From assembly GCA_963727895.1 (NCBI GenBank), contig CAVSHT010000003.1:1-64000 (forward strand): a DNA stretch of 64,000 nucleotides, in the 5' to 3' direction. The notes under the pieces were generated by a model. The model did not search any database and was not told where the DNA came from. It worked only from the letters and a program-made list of their open reading frames with translations. The stretch's first letter is position 1; every line of letters begins with the position of its first letter. This DNA comes from an uncultured Methanosarcinaceae archaeon. Lineage in GTDB: Archaea > Halobacteriota > Methanosarcinia > Methanosarcinales > Methanosarcinaceae. Made by a program: the position numbers and the translations under genes. Of the stretch, positions 47,540-58,934 are shown in pieces.

Positions 47540-47881
47540 ATGAAAAAAAAGTTCATTATTTATTTTGTAATAATACTTAGTTTAATATCTATTGTACTGT
47601 TTTTTTATATTCCCTTTGCTATTTTGTCCCAAAAAATCAATGTGATTCTTGGAAGTATGTTTGGATTTGTTTTGTTGTATTTTATTGTTATGAATGTACT
47701 TTGGTTAAATTCTTTATTACCACATACAAATAAGATAATAAAAAACAAGACTATAATACCCAAAGAGGTCCAATTGTGGTTTACAGTGGTAGAAATCTTT
47801 TTAATAATACTCTGGATAATCCATAGATTTAAGTCAAAACCTACATATTTGAGTAGGGCAACATTTTGTCTAAAATGTTGA
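47540..47881 (+). CDS. Hypothetical membrane protein; 3' end abuts an IS6-derived element (about 47860-48106)
   Basis: MKKKFII followed by three hydrophobic segments. Confidence 0.5.
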   Translation: MKKKFIIYFVIILSLISIVLFFYIPFAILSQKINVILGSMFGFVLLYFIVMNVLWLNSLLPHTNKIIKNKTIIPKEVQLWFTVVEIFLIILWIIHRFKSKPTYLSRATFCLKC

Positions 47882-48106
47882 CTAGACTTCAGGAAATCCA
47901 CATAAATTCGATTACGGGGGCCAAAACGAATATGATTAAAAAAGGACAAGTTAAGAATCTAAATTACTCTGGTCTTAATGAAGCTAAATATATTAATCAA
48001 TTATTTGGAATAGTTCGATAATATTGATAAATCTTCTTACATATTTTAATTTTTGTTCTTTGTCTGTAGATTTACATTTTTATTCTGATATTTTTGCAAC
48101 AGAATC

Positions 48107-48272
48107 TCTTAAAAAATGGTTGAAATTCTGTCATGTGATTAATAGCATCATTTTTAAGCTGTCTATAGATTCCACAGTAGTGTTTATCAAAATCTTTTGT
48201 ATATGTATATGAATTGTCTTGGTATACAGTACATTTCAAAGCGTATTTACATTTAGTGTCAGGCATATCCAT
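48107..48272 (-). CDS. Small Cys-containing hypothetical protein, fused to an IS6 end
   Basis: MPDTKCKYALKCTVY...YCGIYRQ; AGGAA RBS-like sequence upstream. Confidence 0.45.
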
Positions 48273-48747
48273 TTCCTTTTTAACTTCAATTACGGTCCTT
48301 ATGAAACCTATGAGCTACATATGAGAAACATATCCAGATCATAAAGATCTGATTGAAGGTACTAGAAACTACTTAATAATATTTAGAATAAAGTATATAT
48401 ATATACTTTTTGGATATATTCTATGTTGAAATATGGATAACTATATGGCTCACATGTAAATAGTCCTCATTTTGGCAGGTTAATTACGAAAAAAAATTAT
48501 AAAATTGCCTCGTTGAAATCCGTATAAATTTAATAGAGTCGTGGTGCAAAAATCTGGTTCTACAAGATATTTAACATACGAATTTTTTTGAATTAGAACG
48601 TTCGTGTATTTACCATTTTTAGCTCAATTTCCAAACTGGATTATTTTTATAAAATTCAAAATACGAGCGTTTTAACATTTAGTTCGTATATTTATTTTAT
48701 GGAGAATAACAGAAATCCTTTTTTAGTGTAAACATCTTGTAAACATT

Positions 48748-49194
48748 ATGCTAAAACCAAAAGTTATGGTAAGTGCAAGGATTCCAAAAGAATTGTCTAC
48801 ATTTTGTTTACAGCATTATGAGAACATGAGTATTGCAATTAATACAGCTTTAGAATTACTGCGAGATCAAGAGAGTATACAAAATGAAAACAACTGTATA
48901 CAGAACGAAAACATTTGTAAACAGGATCAGGAGGGAGAACTAAATGGATTACAAGAGCAAATAATATCTAATGATGAAAATTATAAAGAGATAATTAATG
49001 GTTACAAAGTTAGGATAGAAGAGAGAGATCAGTACATAGAAACTTTGAAAAGAGAACTTGAAAAAGCTCATCAGGACAAAGATAATATCCAAAATATCTA
49101 TGACAATTATATGCGACAAATGCAAACATTAATTCAGCAGAAAGCAATTGAAGTACCTGGGGATAAAAAGAAGCCATGGTATAAATTTTGGTGA
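48748..49194 (+). CDS. RHH-like N-terminus plus coiled-coil protein ending KKKPWYKFW
   Basis: KVMVSARIPKEL beta-helix pattern; 3' end and downstream DNA similar to the 31109 ORF. Confidence 0.7.
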   Translation: MLKPKVMVSARIPKELSTFCLQHYENMSIAINTALELLRDQESIQNENNCIQNENICKQDQEGELNGLQEQIISNDENYKEIINGYKVRIEERDQYIETLKRELEKAHQDKDNIQNIYDNYMRQMQTLIQQKAIEVPGDKKKPWYKFW

Positions 49195-49689
49195 TTCACA
49201 TTTTCAACAGTGCGTTTCTTTCATGGTCACATTATGCTGTTTTATTGTCATTAGATTTAATTCTCTAATTAGATTTATAATTAATTATATATATTAATTT
49301 TAGCTTGCACTTGAATCATATTGATCATTTTACCACATACAGGTGTGTTAAATATGGTTCTAATAATTGTTAGACGCAACGACAGAAAAATTGATTGAAG
49401 TACTGATAGGGTAATAGTCCAGGCAATTTCTCTATCACTTTCTCCAGAGATGTGTCAAACGATAATTAAAGCAATTGATCAAGCGATATCACTAACAATG
49501 CCAACTATTTTTATAGACCCCTCTCCTTAAATTTTAAGAAATGAATTTTTAAATACCGGGGTCCAAGTGATTATGTACAAAACAAGAAGTCAAAAGTGAT
49601 ACTAATATTACTCTTAATATTCTATTTCAAGTAATTCTACATATTTCAGACAGAAACATTATCTTCTACTATCATTTATTGGTTATATG

Positions 49690-50088
49690 GTATCCTCTTT
49701 AAATTGTATGGGTAAAAGTAAATTTCATGTATTCGCTGAAAATTTAAAAATTTATCAACGTTTAGAAAACAACCTCAAGCAACGCATTCAACTTTACAAC
49801 TGTTTAATAAACTTGTTGCATATTTTTTGAGTTGGAAAATTCTCCATTGAATTTGAAGAGGATACGAATAATTTAAGAATTAATGACAGTGTAACATAAG
49901 TTCTATAAAATTACAAATTTTAAAAAGTTTTTGAGCCAAAAATTCCATATCAGAAGATCAATTTTTATTTACTGTATACAAAAAATTAACTTAGAATTTA
50001 CAGCAAATTCGCAACACTGCCTTAACTTTTCTAATTATGATGGTTTTCAGTGATTTTGTAAAATCGCCATATTTTTTGCAACGGAACC
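49690..50088. mobile_element. MITE cluster: GTATCCTC element (49690-49865), G(G/A)CAGTGT element (49885-50021) and an IS6-type end
   Basis: Terminal IRs and similarity to the other copies in this window. Confidence 0.75.
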
Positions 50089-50191
50089 AAAAAAATATTG
50101 TAACTTTGTATAAATCAATAACAATCGACAACATTATCAGAAAAATAATCTATACTCAAAACTTAATCAGTACCAGCAACTAATATTTGAG

Positions 50192-50485
50192 GTGATCTTT
50201 ATAACCGACATGAGAAATTTCGTACTACGAGACGAAGAAGGAAATGAGCATGGAGTCTTCATCGGGAAACAACCTCATCAGGCTGCTCTGAAAGCTGCAA
50301 ATAGATGCAAGGGAACAAAATCAAAACCAGTTACTCTTATTCTCAGGGAACGTGGAACTAAAAAAGTGCACATTTTCAAGGCATGGAAACAAACTGTTAA
50401 AGCCCCAGAAAAACGGCCTGAATGGATGCCAGAGAAAATAAGCAAACCCTTTGTTATGAAAGAGAGAATAGAAACAATAGATTAA
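50192..50485 (+). CDS. Non-histone chromosomal protein MC1 paralogue
   Basis: RNFVLRDEEGNEHGVF.GKQP.QAALKAANR...LRERGTKKVH.FKAW...WMPEKISKPFV.KERIE; start uncertain (ATG 50210). Confidence 0.95.
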   Translation: MIFITDMRNFVLRDEEGNEHGVFIGKQPHQAALKAANRCKGTKSKPVTLILRERGTKKVHIFKAWKQTVKAPEKRPEWMPEKISKPFVMKERIETID

Positions 50486-50562
50486 AGAAGTTATTCTCCG
50501 ATTGTTTGGAACATTTTCAAGACATGTCGGAATTCACTTATACTATTTTTACTATTTTTTTT

Positions 50563-50706
50563 ATTTGTATTCGATTAAGGAATCTGTTAACGTTATAAAT
50601 TACTACTGAAATCCTCTACACATCTCGATTTTCATTTATAGGTCTACAGAAAAGGCAACAAAAATAACACATTTCTTATAGATCCTATCTTAACTGACTA
50701 CAAATG
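50563..50706. mobile_element. About 145 bp MITE, CATTTGTATTCGGTTAAG family (other copy at 55202-55345)
   Basis: Terminal IRs; reverse-complement similarity between the two copies. Confidence 0.75.
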
Positions 50707-51041
50707 AATTTCATCTACGAAGTTTTTTCATTTAAAGGAATCGAATAGCATATTACTACTTTTAATTTCCTCCTTTTTCGACTGAATCCTTATTATGAAT
50801 TTTTGCAACAGAACCGCTTTTCTTTCCTCCGATTTCAGAGAATTTCTGTAAAGCCAAAAAAGGAGACTTTTTAATATCTTCTAAGATCACTAATTACCAG
50901 TAATTCTACTTGTAGTTGATTGCAATGAATCAAAGACTCAGAAGATAATAGAAAGGTCCAAGATTCAATACTTCTTTGTGAAGATTACTCCCCAGTGAAG
51001 CATTTGCTTACTTGCTTGCTGATATTTTATCCTGCTTAAAT

Positions 51042-51461
51042 TCAGACAGAAGTTTCCTTACTCATGATATAAGCAATCATTTTAGGATTAAACCTATAGC
51101 ACCTTGAAACGTTTGCTTCAATATCCTCATTGAGTTTTCCTTCAGATTTCATTTCCTTTATTTTTACAGTCACTGAGGACGGAACAGTATAATACTCGTT
51201 TATATCTTTTCTATGACCCCAGACGTCGCCTTCTATAGGCTGGATTTGCTGCATTTCAAAGAACATTTCTATGGATTTTGAGATCGTAGACATGTAAGAC
51301 TTAGGTAACTGAATTACCTCAAGTTTTGGGCAGGTTTCAACCAATCCAAAGATGTCTTTATTTGACGGCCTAAAGGCCAGGTGGACAATACGCTCATTAG
51401 GATTTAATGTAAAGATTTCTTCTCTTGAACTAACTACTCGAATTTTCATACTTTCCCCCAC
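51042..51461 (-). CDS. DUF1699-family protein
   Basis: MKIRVVSSREEI..LNPNER.VHLAFRPSNKD...IEGDVWGHRKDINEYY. Confidence 0.88.
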   Translation of the reverse strand: MGESMKIRVVSSREEIFTLNPNERIVHLAFRPSNKDIFGLVETCPKLEVIQLPKSYMSTISKSIEMFFEMQQIQPIEGDVWGHRKDINEYYTVPSSVTVKIKEMKSEGKLNEDIEANVSRCYRFNPKMIAYIMSKETSV

Positions 51462-52409
51462 TCTAATTTTTTTTAAATTGTACTTTGATATACACTACAT
51501 ATACTGATTATAAATAATTATCTCATTGAACTAACATTATTTAAATAGTGTTTGAAAAACATCTACGAACTAAATATTAAAACATTCATATTTGGTAAAA
51601 AATATTCTAAATATTGATAAAAAATAAGTGATTTTCTCTTAAAATACGACATTCTAAGTCAAAAAGTTCGTATATCAATACTTTTTGAAAAAGTGGTTTT
51701 TTAGGAAAATGTATAGGTTTTACAACGAAATTTTCGCTACATTTTTTAGATTTTGCATTGCAACTTAGGTACTAAATTTTGATCTTTACCTCATTTAAAT
51801 TAAATTTAAAATATCTATTATTATTTATATGGTTAATGTACTGTTATATCATATACGGTATGAAATAAATCTAAATATATAATTTCTCTGCATAACAGGG
51901 ATGGGGTAAAAACATGAGTAAAACAGACAAAAATATTGTGCTAGACGTTACAAGCAAAACTAATGCTGCAATAAAAACAAAAAATATTTCACAATTCACC
52001 TCTACTACCCAATTTTGGTACTTCCCATTACTAAAAGTAGTCCAATTTGTGGTTCCATTGCAAAAATCTGGCTTTTTCATAAAATAAGTAAAAACCATCG
52101 CAATTCGGGAAGTTAATCATTTTTCTTCGGGAAAAAATTATACATAAAAGTGAAAATTATAGTGTAAAATTGCAGAAATATTTTTTTTTGCAATGGAACT
52201 AGAATTATAGTATCAAACTGAGGAAATATCATTTTTGCACCACAACCTGATCGTGGATTCGAGTTATAGAAAGCCGTAAACATAAGACTATATTTAGTTT
52301 TTTATTAAATGTGAGAGATATACTCGTTTTTTCGAAAACGATCAATAACCCAGATACACAACCCACAACCTTAAATAAATTTAATAAACCCAAATTTGGG
52401 GAGTATAAT

Positions 52410-52781
52410 ATGAAAAAAGAGATATTGGGGAACGCATTTAAGAGACTAGCTATTTTACTAGTAATTCTTTTTGTAATATCAGTGATAGTTACGCCAGTGA
52501 TAGCTACGTCAGCAAAGAATAAGTTTATGCAAGCTGATTTTTCTGCAAGTCCTACATCTGGACATAAGCCACTTGCAGTGCATTTTACTGACCATAGTAA
52601 AAGTCACTTGAAGGTCTTATATTGGTCTTGGAGTTTTGGAGATAAAAGTACTTCATCATTAAAGAATCCTACACATGTATACAAAAATCCCGGAAGATAC
52701 ACTGTTAGCTTAACAGTAAAATGTCCACACGGTGTTATCGACACTAAAAAAGTATATAATTATATTAAAGTGATAAAGTAA
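52410..52781 (+). CDS. Small secreted single-PKD protein
   Basis: GGGGAG RBS; signal peptide; ADFSASPTSG..PL.VHFTD..WSWSFGD. Confidence 0.85.
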   Translation: MKKEILGNAFKRLAILLVILFVISVIVTPVIATSAKNKFMQADFSASPTSGHKPLAVHFTDHSKSHLKVLYWSWSFGDKSTSSLKNPTHVYKNPGRYTVSLTVKCPHGVIDTKKVYNYIKVIK

Positions 52782-52791
52782 GTGAATATCT

Positions 52792-52899
52792 GGTTCTGTT
52801 GCAAAAAATATCTGCTAAGTGCCCGCAACGAAATGACCTATGCAACTTAACAGAACCTATTTTATTATATTCCTAGCAGATATTTTTTGCAACAGAACC
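52792..52899. mobile_element. 108 bp element made of two IS6 left ends
   Basis: GGTTCTGTTGCAAAAAATATCTGCTA is inverted at both termini. Confidence 0.75.
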
Positions 52900-53176
52900 A
52901 TTATTTCCATACTGCATAATTGATAACAGACTAATGCTTACCAGCAATTGATTTCATCGCAAAGTACTAAAATTAAAGATCAAAATTGATAAGTCGGTTA
53001 TTCTAAAACCTGTGTATTTCCATAATACACAAAAACTTGACTTCAAATTTACAGCAAATTTGCACACTGCCTATAATTAATACCTTTATATAATATTTTT
53101 TAGAGCGTCTTTGCAACGGAACCATTAAAAGAGATAAAAGATATAATGAGTGAATATACATTAGGAGTTGAGATGT

Positions 53177-53548
53177 ATGGGAATAGTTGAAGAAACACAA
53201 GTTGCAAAGAACATGACTTTTGTGCCGGTAACTGAGATAAAAGGATCTAAAATCTTCACTGTTAAAAACGAAGAACTCGGAAAAATTGAAGAAGTCATGA
53301 TTGACTCTGAACGGGGAAGAATAGCATACGTAGTACTTGCTTGTGATTGTTTCCTTGGTATGTCCTGTAAATTATTTGCCGTTCCTTGGGAAGTTCTTGA
53401 AGAAAATAGAGGCGATTATCTCCTTAGAATTGAGAAAGGAGCACTCGAAGCGGCAGAAGGCTTAGACGACGATGTGTGGACTTTAACCAGTAATGATTTG
53501 GCTAAAGTGTATGAACAGTATAAACTTCATCCTTACTGGGAAATTTAA
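53177..53548 (+). CDS. PRC-barrel domain protein
   Basis: EELGKIEEVMID...GRIAYVVL...FLG...KLFAVPW. Confidence 0.9.
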   Translation: MGIVEETQVAKNMTFVPVTEIKGSKIFTVKNEELGKIEEVMIDSERGRIAYVVLACDCFLGMSCKLFAVPWEVLEENRGDYLLRIEKGALEAAEGLDDDVWTLTSNDLAKVYEQYKLHPYWEI

Positions 53549-53595
53549 AAACTCATTTTTGTGGTGCAAAAAATCTGGTAATGGTCGGGTTCCGT

Positions 53596-53745
53596 GGTTC
53601 CGTTGCAAAAATAATTTTTCTGTACGTTGAGGTTATTCTTCGTTCCTTAAAATATCATTTTAATCCATATGTACTCACCAAACTTATCTTATTGTGAAGG
53701 TTTTCAACGATTTTGTAAAATGCTCTGATTTTTTGCAACGGAACC
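53596..53745 (-). mobile_element. About 150 bp IS6-ended MITE (copies at 54374-54519 and 55449-55598)
   Basis: IS6 IRs and a conserved non-transposase interior in three nearby copies. Confidence 0.85.
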
Positions 53746-54091
53746 TTTAATTCTGTATCACAGATTCAAAATGTATATCTGCATTCAGTTTTATTATATA
53801 CTTTAGAGGTTTTTGTGCGTCCCTGCTTAGTCGATTTCAAAAATCCCAAACATCTCAAAACCCTAAAAAATTATTTTTAATGACGCACCACCTCCAATAG
53901 AATTACAAAATGAGTAGTTAACATTTGTCTGTGATTTGATTTCTCAATGTTTATTTTCTCAGCTGTTTATTTGTCAGATTTCTGATAAGTGGAATTTTTA
54001 CCACAATTTTTTAGAAAAATGTATCAAAAGTCTTATGAGATATAAAATAAACCGTAAAGATTACTGTAAAAGTAATGGGGGTATTAAATTT

Positions 54092-54229
54092 ATGAATAAA
54101 AATGATTCCAAATGCAGCAAAAAATCTACTTACGAAGAAAGTGACTTGCTCGCCTTTGCATTACTAGCTCTGCTTGTCTTATTTGCATTCAAGTACATTA
54201 TTTATCCCGATATTGTCGTTTATCTATGA
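54092..54229 (+). CDS. Small single-TM hypothetical protein (45 aa)
   Basis: GGGGG RBS-like sequence; hydrophobic C-terminus; stop coincides with a MITE start. Confidence 0.45.
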   Translation: MNKNDSKCSKKSTYEESDLLAFALLALLVLFAFKYIIYPDIVVYL

Positions 54230-54357
54230 GCTCATCTCAAAACTTGAAATTTGCTTCTTTAGCCTTGTATTTCAAATAGTCAATAAGGCTCAAGATCATG
54301 AAAACAACTTTGAAACTTCCAAACGATTAAGAATTTAGTGACTTTTGGGATAGGCTC
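54228..54357. mobile_element. About 130 bp MITE, GAGCCTATCCCAAAA family, copy 3
   Basis: IRs GAGCTCATCTCAAAA / TTTTGGGATAGGCTC. Confidence 0.7.
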
Positions 54358-55599
54358 TATAAATCAATAAATTGTTCCGTTGCAAAAAATCAAAGCATTT
54401 TACAAAATCATCGAAAACCTCCACAATAGGATAATTTTGATGAGTAAATTTGGGTTAAAATGACATTTAAAGGAAAGAAAAATTACCTCAAAGTACAGAA
54501 ATTTTTTTGCAACGGAACCAAAAATAGAATGTTTAAAGGCTTCTATGTATGGCATATACAGCTGTAGAAGTTCCTTGTATAAATTTTAACATAATGTAAT
54601 AAAAATTACGAGGCAACCCTTATAATTACTTAACACTAAAATTTAAATAGTTTTAAATTAATTATATATCTGGACCCAATCAGCTGGGATCTTCAACCAC
54701 ATCTAGGCAGGTCTAATCATTCATCCTGTTCACTCAAGCTTGGGCGGATTAATCTCTCCCGCCCTTTACCTCCTGCTTTTTTGAAATTTTAACCTTCATA
54801 TCCACAGACCTCCTGCAGTAACACTCAATTAAACTCCCGAGGAATTCCATATTTTCATTGGACTTTGATAGTTAAATGATAAATGCTCAACTAAATTGTA
54901 TATATTTTTCGCAATCAAAGAAGGTCTCTGGATATGAACCTTAATATTCTTATATTTGACCTCTTAGAATAAACACTTGTTCGTTTTCGCTATCTTGAGA
55001 CACTTTTCACTATGCTCTATTATACTATATAGTCATGTGCGTGTGCGGCACAGCCGCCAACACCGCCAAAATAGTTAAGTTATAAAAAATTAGGAGAAAG
55101 GTTTATTGAAATAAGTAGAAAATTAAGGATTCTGTTACAAAAATTATATGATATAAGTAAACTCTGTTATGCAGTAAATGATCTAAAAATCTAATTTTTA
55201 ACATTTGTATTCGGTTAAGATACGATCTATAAAAAATGTGTTATCTTTGTTGCCATTTCTGTAAACCTATAAATGTAAATCGAGATACATAGATTATTGC
55301 AGTAGTCATTATAACGTTAACAGATTCCTTAACCGAATACAAATGAATTTTTAAGGATAATTTAAGATACGAACCTTTTTTTGATCTAGAACATTCGGAT
55401 TTTAAGTAAAATTTTGCAAGTTTTGCCATCCTATCCCTCAGGAATAAGGGTTCCGTTGCAAAAAATCAGAGCATTTTACAAAATTGTTGAAAACCTTCAC
55501 AATAAGATAAGTTTGGTGAGTACATATGGATTAAAATGACATTTTAAGGAAAGAAGAATAACCTCAACGTACAGAAAAATTATTTTTGCAACGGAACCT

Positions 55600-55869
55600 A
55601 GGCTCATCTATAAAGCGAATCGTTAATCCAATGTTAGGATTTCAGTCTTTTCATACAGCCATTAAAACTTTAAAAGGAATTGAAGCGATGAATTTGATTA
55701 AAAAAGGACAAGTCAAGAATCTAAATTACTCTGGCTTTAATGGAGCTAAATATATTAGTCAATTATTTGGAATAGTTCTATAATATTGACGCATCTTTTT
55801 GAATATTTTAACTTTTATTCATTATTCATAGATTTACAGGCTTATTCTAAGATTTTTTGCAACGGAACC
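55600..55869 (+). mobile_element. IS6 3' fragment with right IR
   Basis: IKRIVNPMLGFQSF...QLFGIVL followed by the IR. Confidence 0.85.
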
Positions 55870-56243
55870 CTTGAACCCACACTTTCCGCAAGAGCCATTG
55901 CCGAAAGACTTAATATAGGAAAAGATACGGCGCTAAAAGCTATAAAATACATTAGAGATTCAAGAGCCTCCAGGTATCAAGAAAAAACGCCTGGATTAAT
56001 ATGAACTACTTTCTTCAAAATTTTTACTTTTTTTTATTTTTCCAGAAATACACTTCTTTTTCGCAGACAGTTTTTAGACTGTTGCTTTCATACAAACACT
56101 ATGCGTACACTTCTTACAAACATTTTACTTATCATCTCATTTTTTGTGTCTGCTCCAATAAAACCAGTATCAGAAGGAAAAAATGACTTGTTACTTATTA
56201 CTAACTAGACATGCGTCTGAGAGTAGCAGACAGACAGACAAAA
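55870..56243 (+). repeat. About 375 bp direct repeat of 27870-28243 (HTH fragment plus downstream DNA)
   Basis: Identical IS6/HTH junction; similarity extends to CAGACAGACAGACAAAA. Confidence 0.9.
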
Positions 56244-57070
56244 CGAAAATTGCTTTTTGCTAGTGGTGGAAGGATTGAGTTTTAAGGGGAGTTTTTCTAA
56301 AGAGTTGCAGAAATGGCTTTGAAGATTTTGAAACATGCAAGCCATGCGAAAACGCTATCATTGGAAACAGACAGGTGGTCTTTTTTGTATCTCTAAATGA
56401 TTATATAGACGTGCAAGGCACAAGGAGCAGCCAGCCAGAAGAACACACCAATATTTCAACGAATCAGCCGATATTATTGTAAACATTTTATATATATTTA
56501 AACACATATAATATAATCACTTACTAAAAGTTTTGTTACCATTAAAAACATTGCAGGAGTTCTCTATCACCTCTCCTACACCCTCCTGATGAAGCCGTTC
56601 GTCTTTGGGCGACACTTCCTGCTGTTAGGGTTTTTCAAGCTTTCCCTGACAGCACACTCCTCTTTTCCTCTCATTATTTTCTAAAGCAACAGAAATCCTA
56701 CTTATGGATCTTGAAGAGCACATACCCCCCTATTCTAAGGCTATAGGAAAGGTTTAAAAAAATGGTAAGGTGGTAATTTGCTTATGGCTCAGGAGTTTGG
56801 GGCTGTAAGGGCAAATCTGAGGCGTTTGTTTTAGTCCTTGAAATGTTGTAACCAACTGTGACCAGGTAACGTACTTTACAAGATTTATCTCAAGATTAGT
56901 TTTCTTAATTTCTTTTTTATAATTATATTTTTATATACCCTACACTAATCGTATCAAATTTAGACTATTTTCAGTCAATTCTTAACTTAAATTTTAGTAG
57001 CTTTTCTTTTTAACGGTGGGATTTCATGAGATCCTTGTTTTTGCTTTCAACCTTCTTTTTTGCTTGTCCG

Positions 57071-57757
57071 TTACGCAGTTACGGTCTGTTCCGGTGAACC
57101 TGTCAACCACATAGGCAGTTCTTCATCTGGGATTTGTCTTGCGAAAATTAATCTAAGTTCGTTTCTGCCATGATCTGCTTTGTCAACAAAAATATCATTA
57201 GTGGAGCATCTCTTTTCAGCAGCTGCGAATACATCTCGTTTTAGTTTTCTCAGATTCTTCATGGATTCAGGCTGGTACTCCTCAGGTAGATAATTTTCAA
57301 CGAATTTTTTAAAATCCCCTGAATCCATTATCCTGGTATCTATATTTGCAAAAGGAGATGCAGCTTTAGGAAGCATGTCCTTATTGTTTTTTATATACTC
57401 AACGAGAAAATCAGCGCGAATTTCTGTGATATTTTTAGAAGGAGAAATTAGAGATCGATCAATAAGTTCAGGCTTTAATGTAGTGTTTATTTTAGACACC
57501 ATATTGTTTAGCCTTGTAATTTGTTCAGGGATGGTAGGTTCGTGGTCTTCATCATCATAAGAATAGTCATCAATTCCAAGAGCAGTCTCAATTTTGGCAA
57601 GTCTCTGAACTGGTCTTATCTCTGAAGTTGCTAGTTTCGCGTCAAAAGAGGTGTTTACAAATTTATTCATATAAGGAGCAATCAAATCAACAAATTCTAT
57701 CCTTTCCGATTCAGATGCGTTTTTAAAGGCTTGACTGATATCTGATAGGGAAATCAT
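57071..57757 (-). CDS. Hypothetical protein, paralogue of 43678-44355
   Basis: 228 aa, colinear with copy A. Confidence 0.8.
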   Translation of the reverse strand: MISLSDISQAFKNASESERIEFVDLIAPYMNKFVNTSFDAKLATSEIRPVQRLAKIETALGIDDYSYDDEDHEPTIPEQITRLNNMVSKINTTLKPELIDRSLISPSKNITEIRADFLVEYIKNNKDMLPKAASPFANIDTRIMDSGDFKKFVENYLPEEYQPESMKNLRKLKRDVFAAAEKRCSTNDIFVDKADHGRNELRLIFARQIPDEELPMWLTGSPEQTVTA

Positions 57758-57849
57758 AGATATCTTTCCCCCATTCCTATGATCTCGAGAAATTCTTGAT
57801 CAGAAAATAGAGGAATATACTTTATATGTACATAATCAGCGAGGCTCAT
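57754..57849 (-). CDS. Putative 31 aa leader protein, copy B
   Basis: Same as 44352-44447. Confidence 0.6.
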   Translation of the reverse strand: MSLADYVHIKYIPLFSDQEFLEIIGMGERYL

Positions 57850-58211
57850 TTTAAGCCTCCTGTATAAAAACAGTTTTTAGAAGTGCTAAAAATTGGTTTA
57901 CTTTACTATTCTGTTCAATACGATCGAAAAGTTTATACCTATCGGTGTCTATGTAACTACTAAGCACTAATATCCCTCTTATACTGGGGGTCAGGGTTCT
58001 TCGTTGGTAGCTTGGAACCCTACCAAATTAATCTTTTTTATAACTAAAAAGAGTCAATTATATTAAAACCTGTTTCTCCATTCTTTTTACTTGTTTTCTT
58101 CTTTTATTTTTTAGATGTTCAAAACATGTTCATTTTTGTGCAATTGAAATCTACCCTTAAAAAATAAGCTAAATTTGTGAAAATTTATATGGAAAAAATA
58201 GATTTTAGTCA

Positions 58212-58285
58212 AGCTTTTCTTGAGGATTGGAAATTTGGGAATTTTAATCCCGGCCAAAATGAGAAATTATTCACTGGCCTTGCCA
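58212..58285 (-). mobile_element. Degenerate IS21 left-end remnant
   Basis: Reverse complement resembles 44861-44933. Confidence 0.7.
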
Positions 58286-58424
58286 CTATGAATTAAAAGA
58301 AGCTCTCAAAATCGCAAAATGTGCGTGTAAACTATATTCAGAAGAATACCACATTGAGAAGATAAGGAATAAAAAGTGTGATTGGAAACTTGTATATGTC
58401 TCTAAAATGAAAAAAATTAGGAAA

Positions 58425-58934
58425 TTATAATGTATAAGTATCAGTTTCGGTTAGAAAATCGATAGTGTCATATGTTGAATATAATTGATTCAAGATTGCT
58501 TCATAATCCGGCATCGGAGTTTTTCTTTGGTTCTCAACCAATTCTTTGAATCTTTTTGACATTTCATGGGGAAGTTCTATTAACTTCAGAGCCTTCACTA
58601 TGCCCGTCATTCCATCAATTAAAACGACTTGGACCGTATAACCTGTCTTCTTGTCTGTAAGTTCTTGTAATTCATAAGGCTGTGATAGAGCAACATTATA
58701 AGGTGTATCCATCCAGGGTAAATGTCCGAATTTAAAAAGAAGAAATATAATTCTTTTTTCTTCAATGAGCCTGAGTTTTATTTCCCCATCTTTGATTTCT
58801 TTAATTTCCGAATCAAGAGGACTATCAAAGACTATCTGGAGAAAGCCACCACCTTGATTGAAAAAGAAAGTGAAGCCTTCAGGAATTCGTTTTAATCCTG
58901 CATGATATGGTTTTCCTACTTCTAATTATTGCAT
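58425..58934 (-). pseudogene. Hypothetical protein with a nonsense codon at codon 3
   Basis: MQ*LEVGKPY...FKFGHLPWMDTPY is continuous in frame with the 95 aa ORF. Confidence 0.65.
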
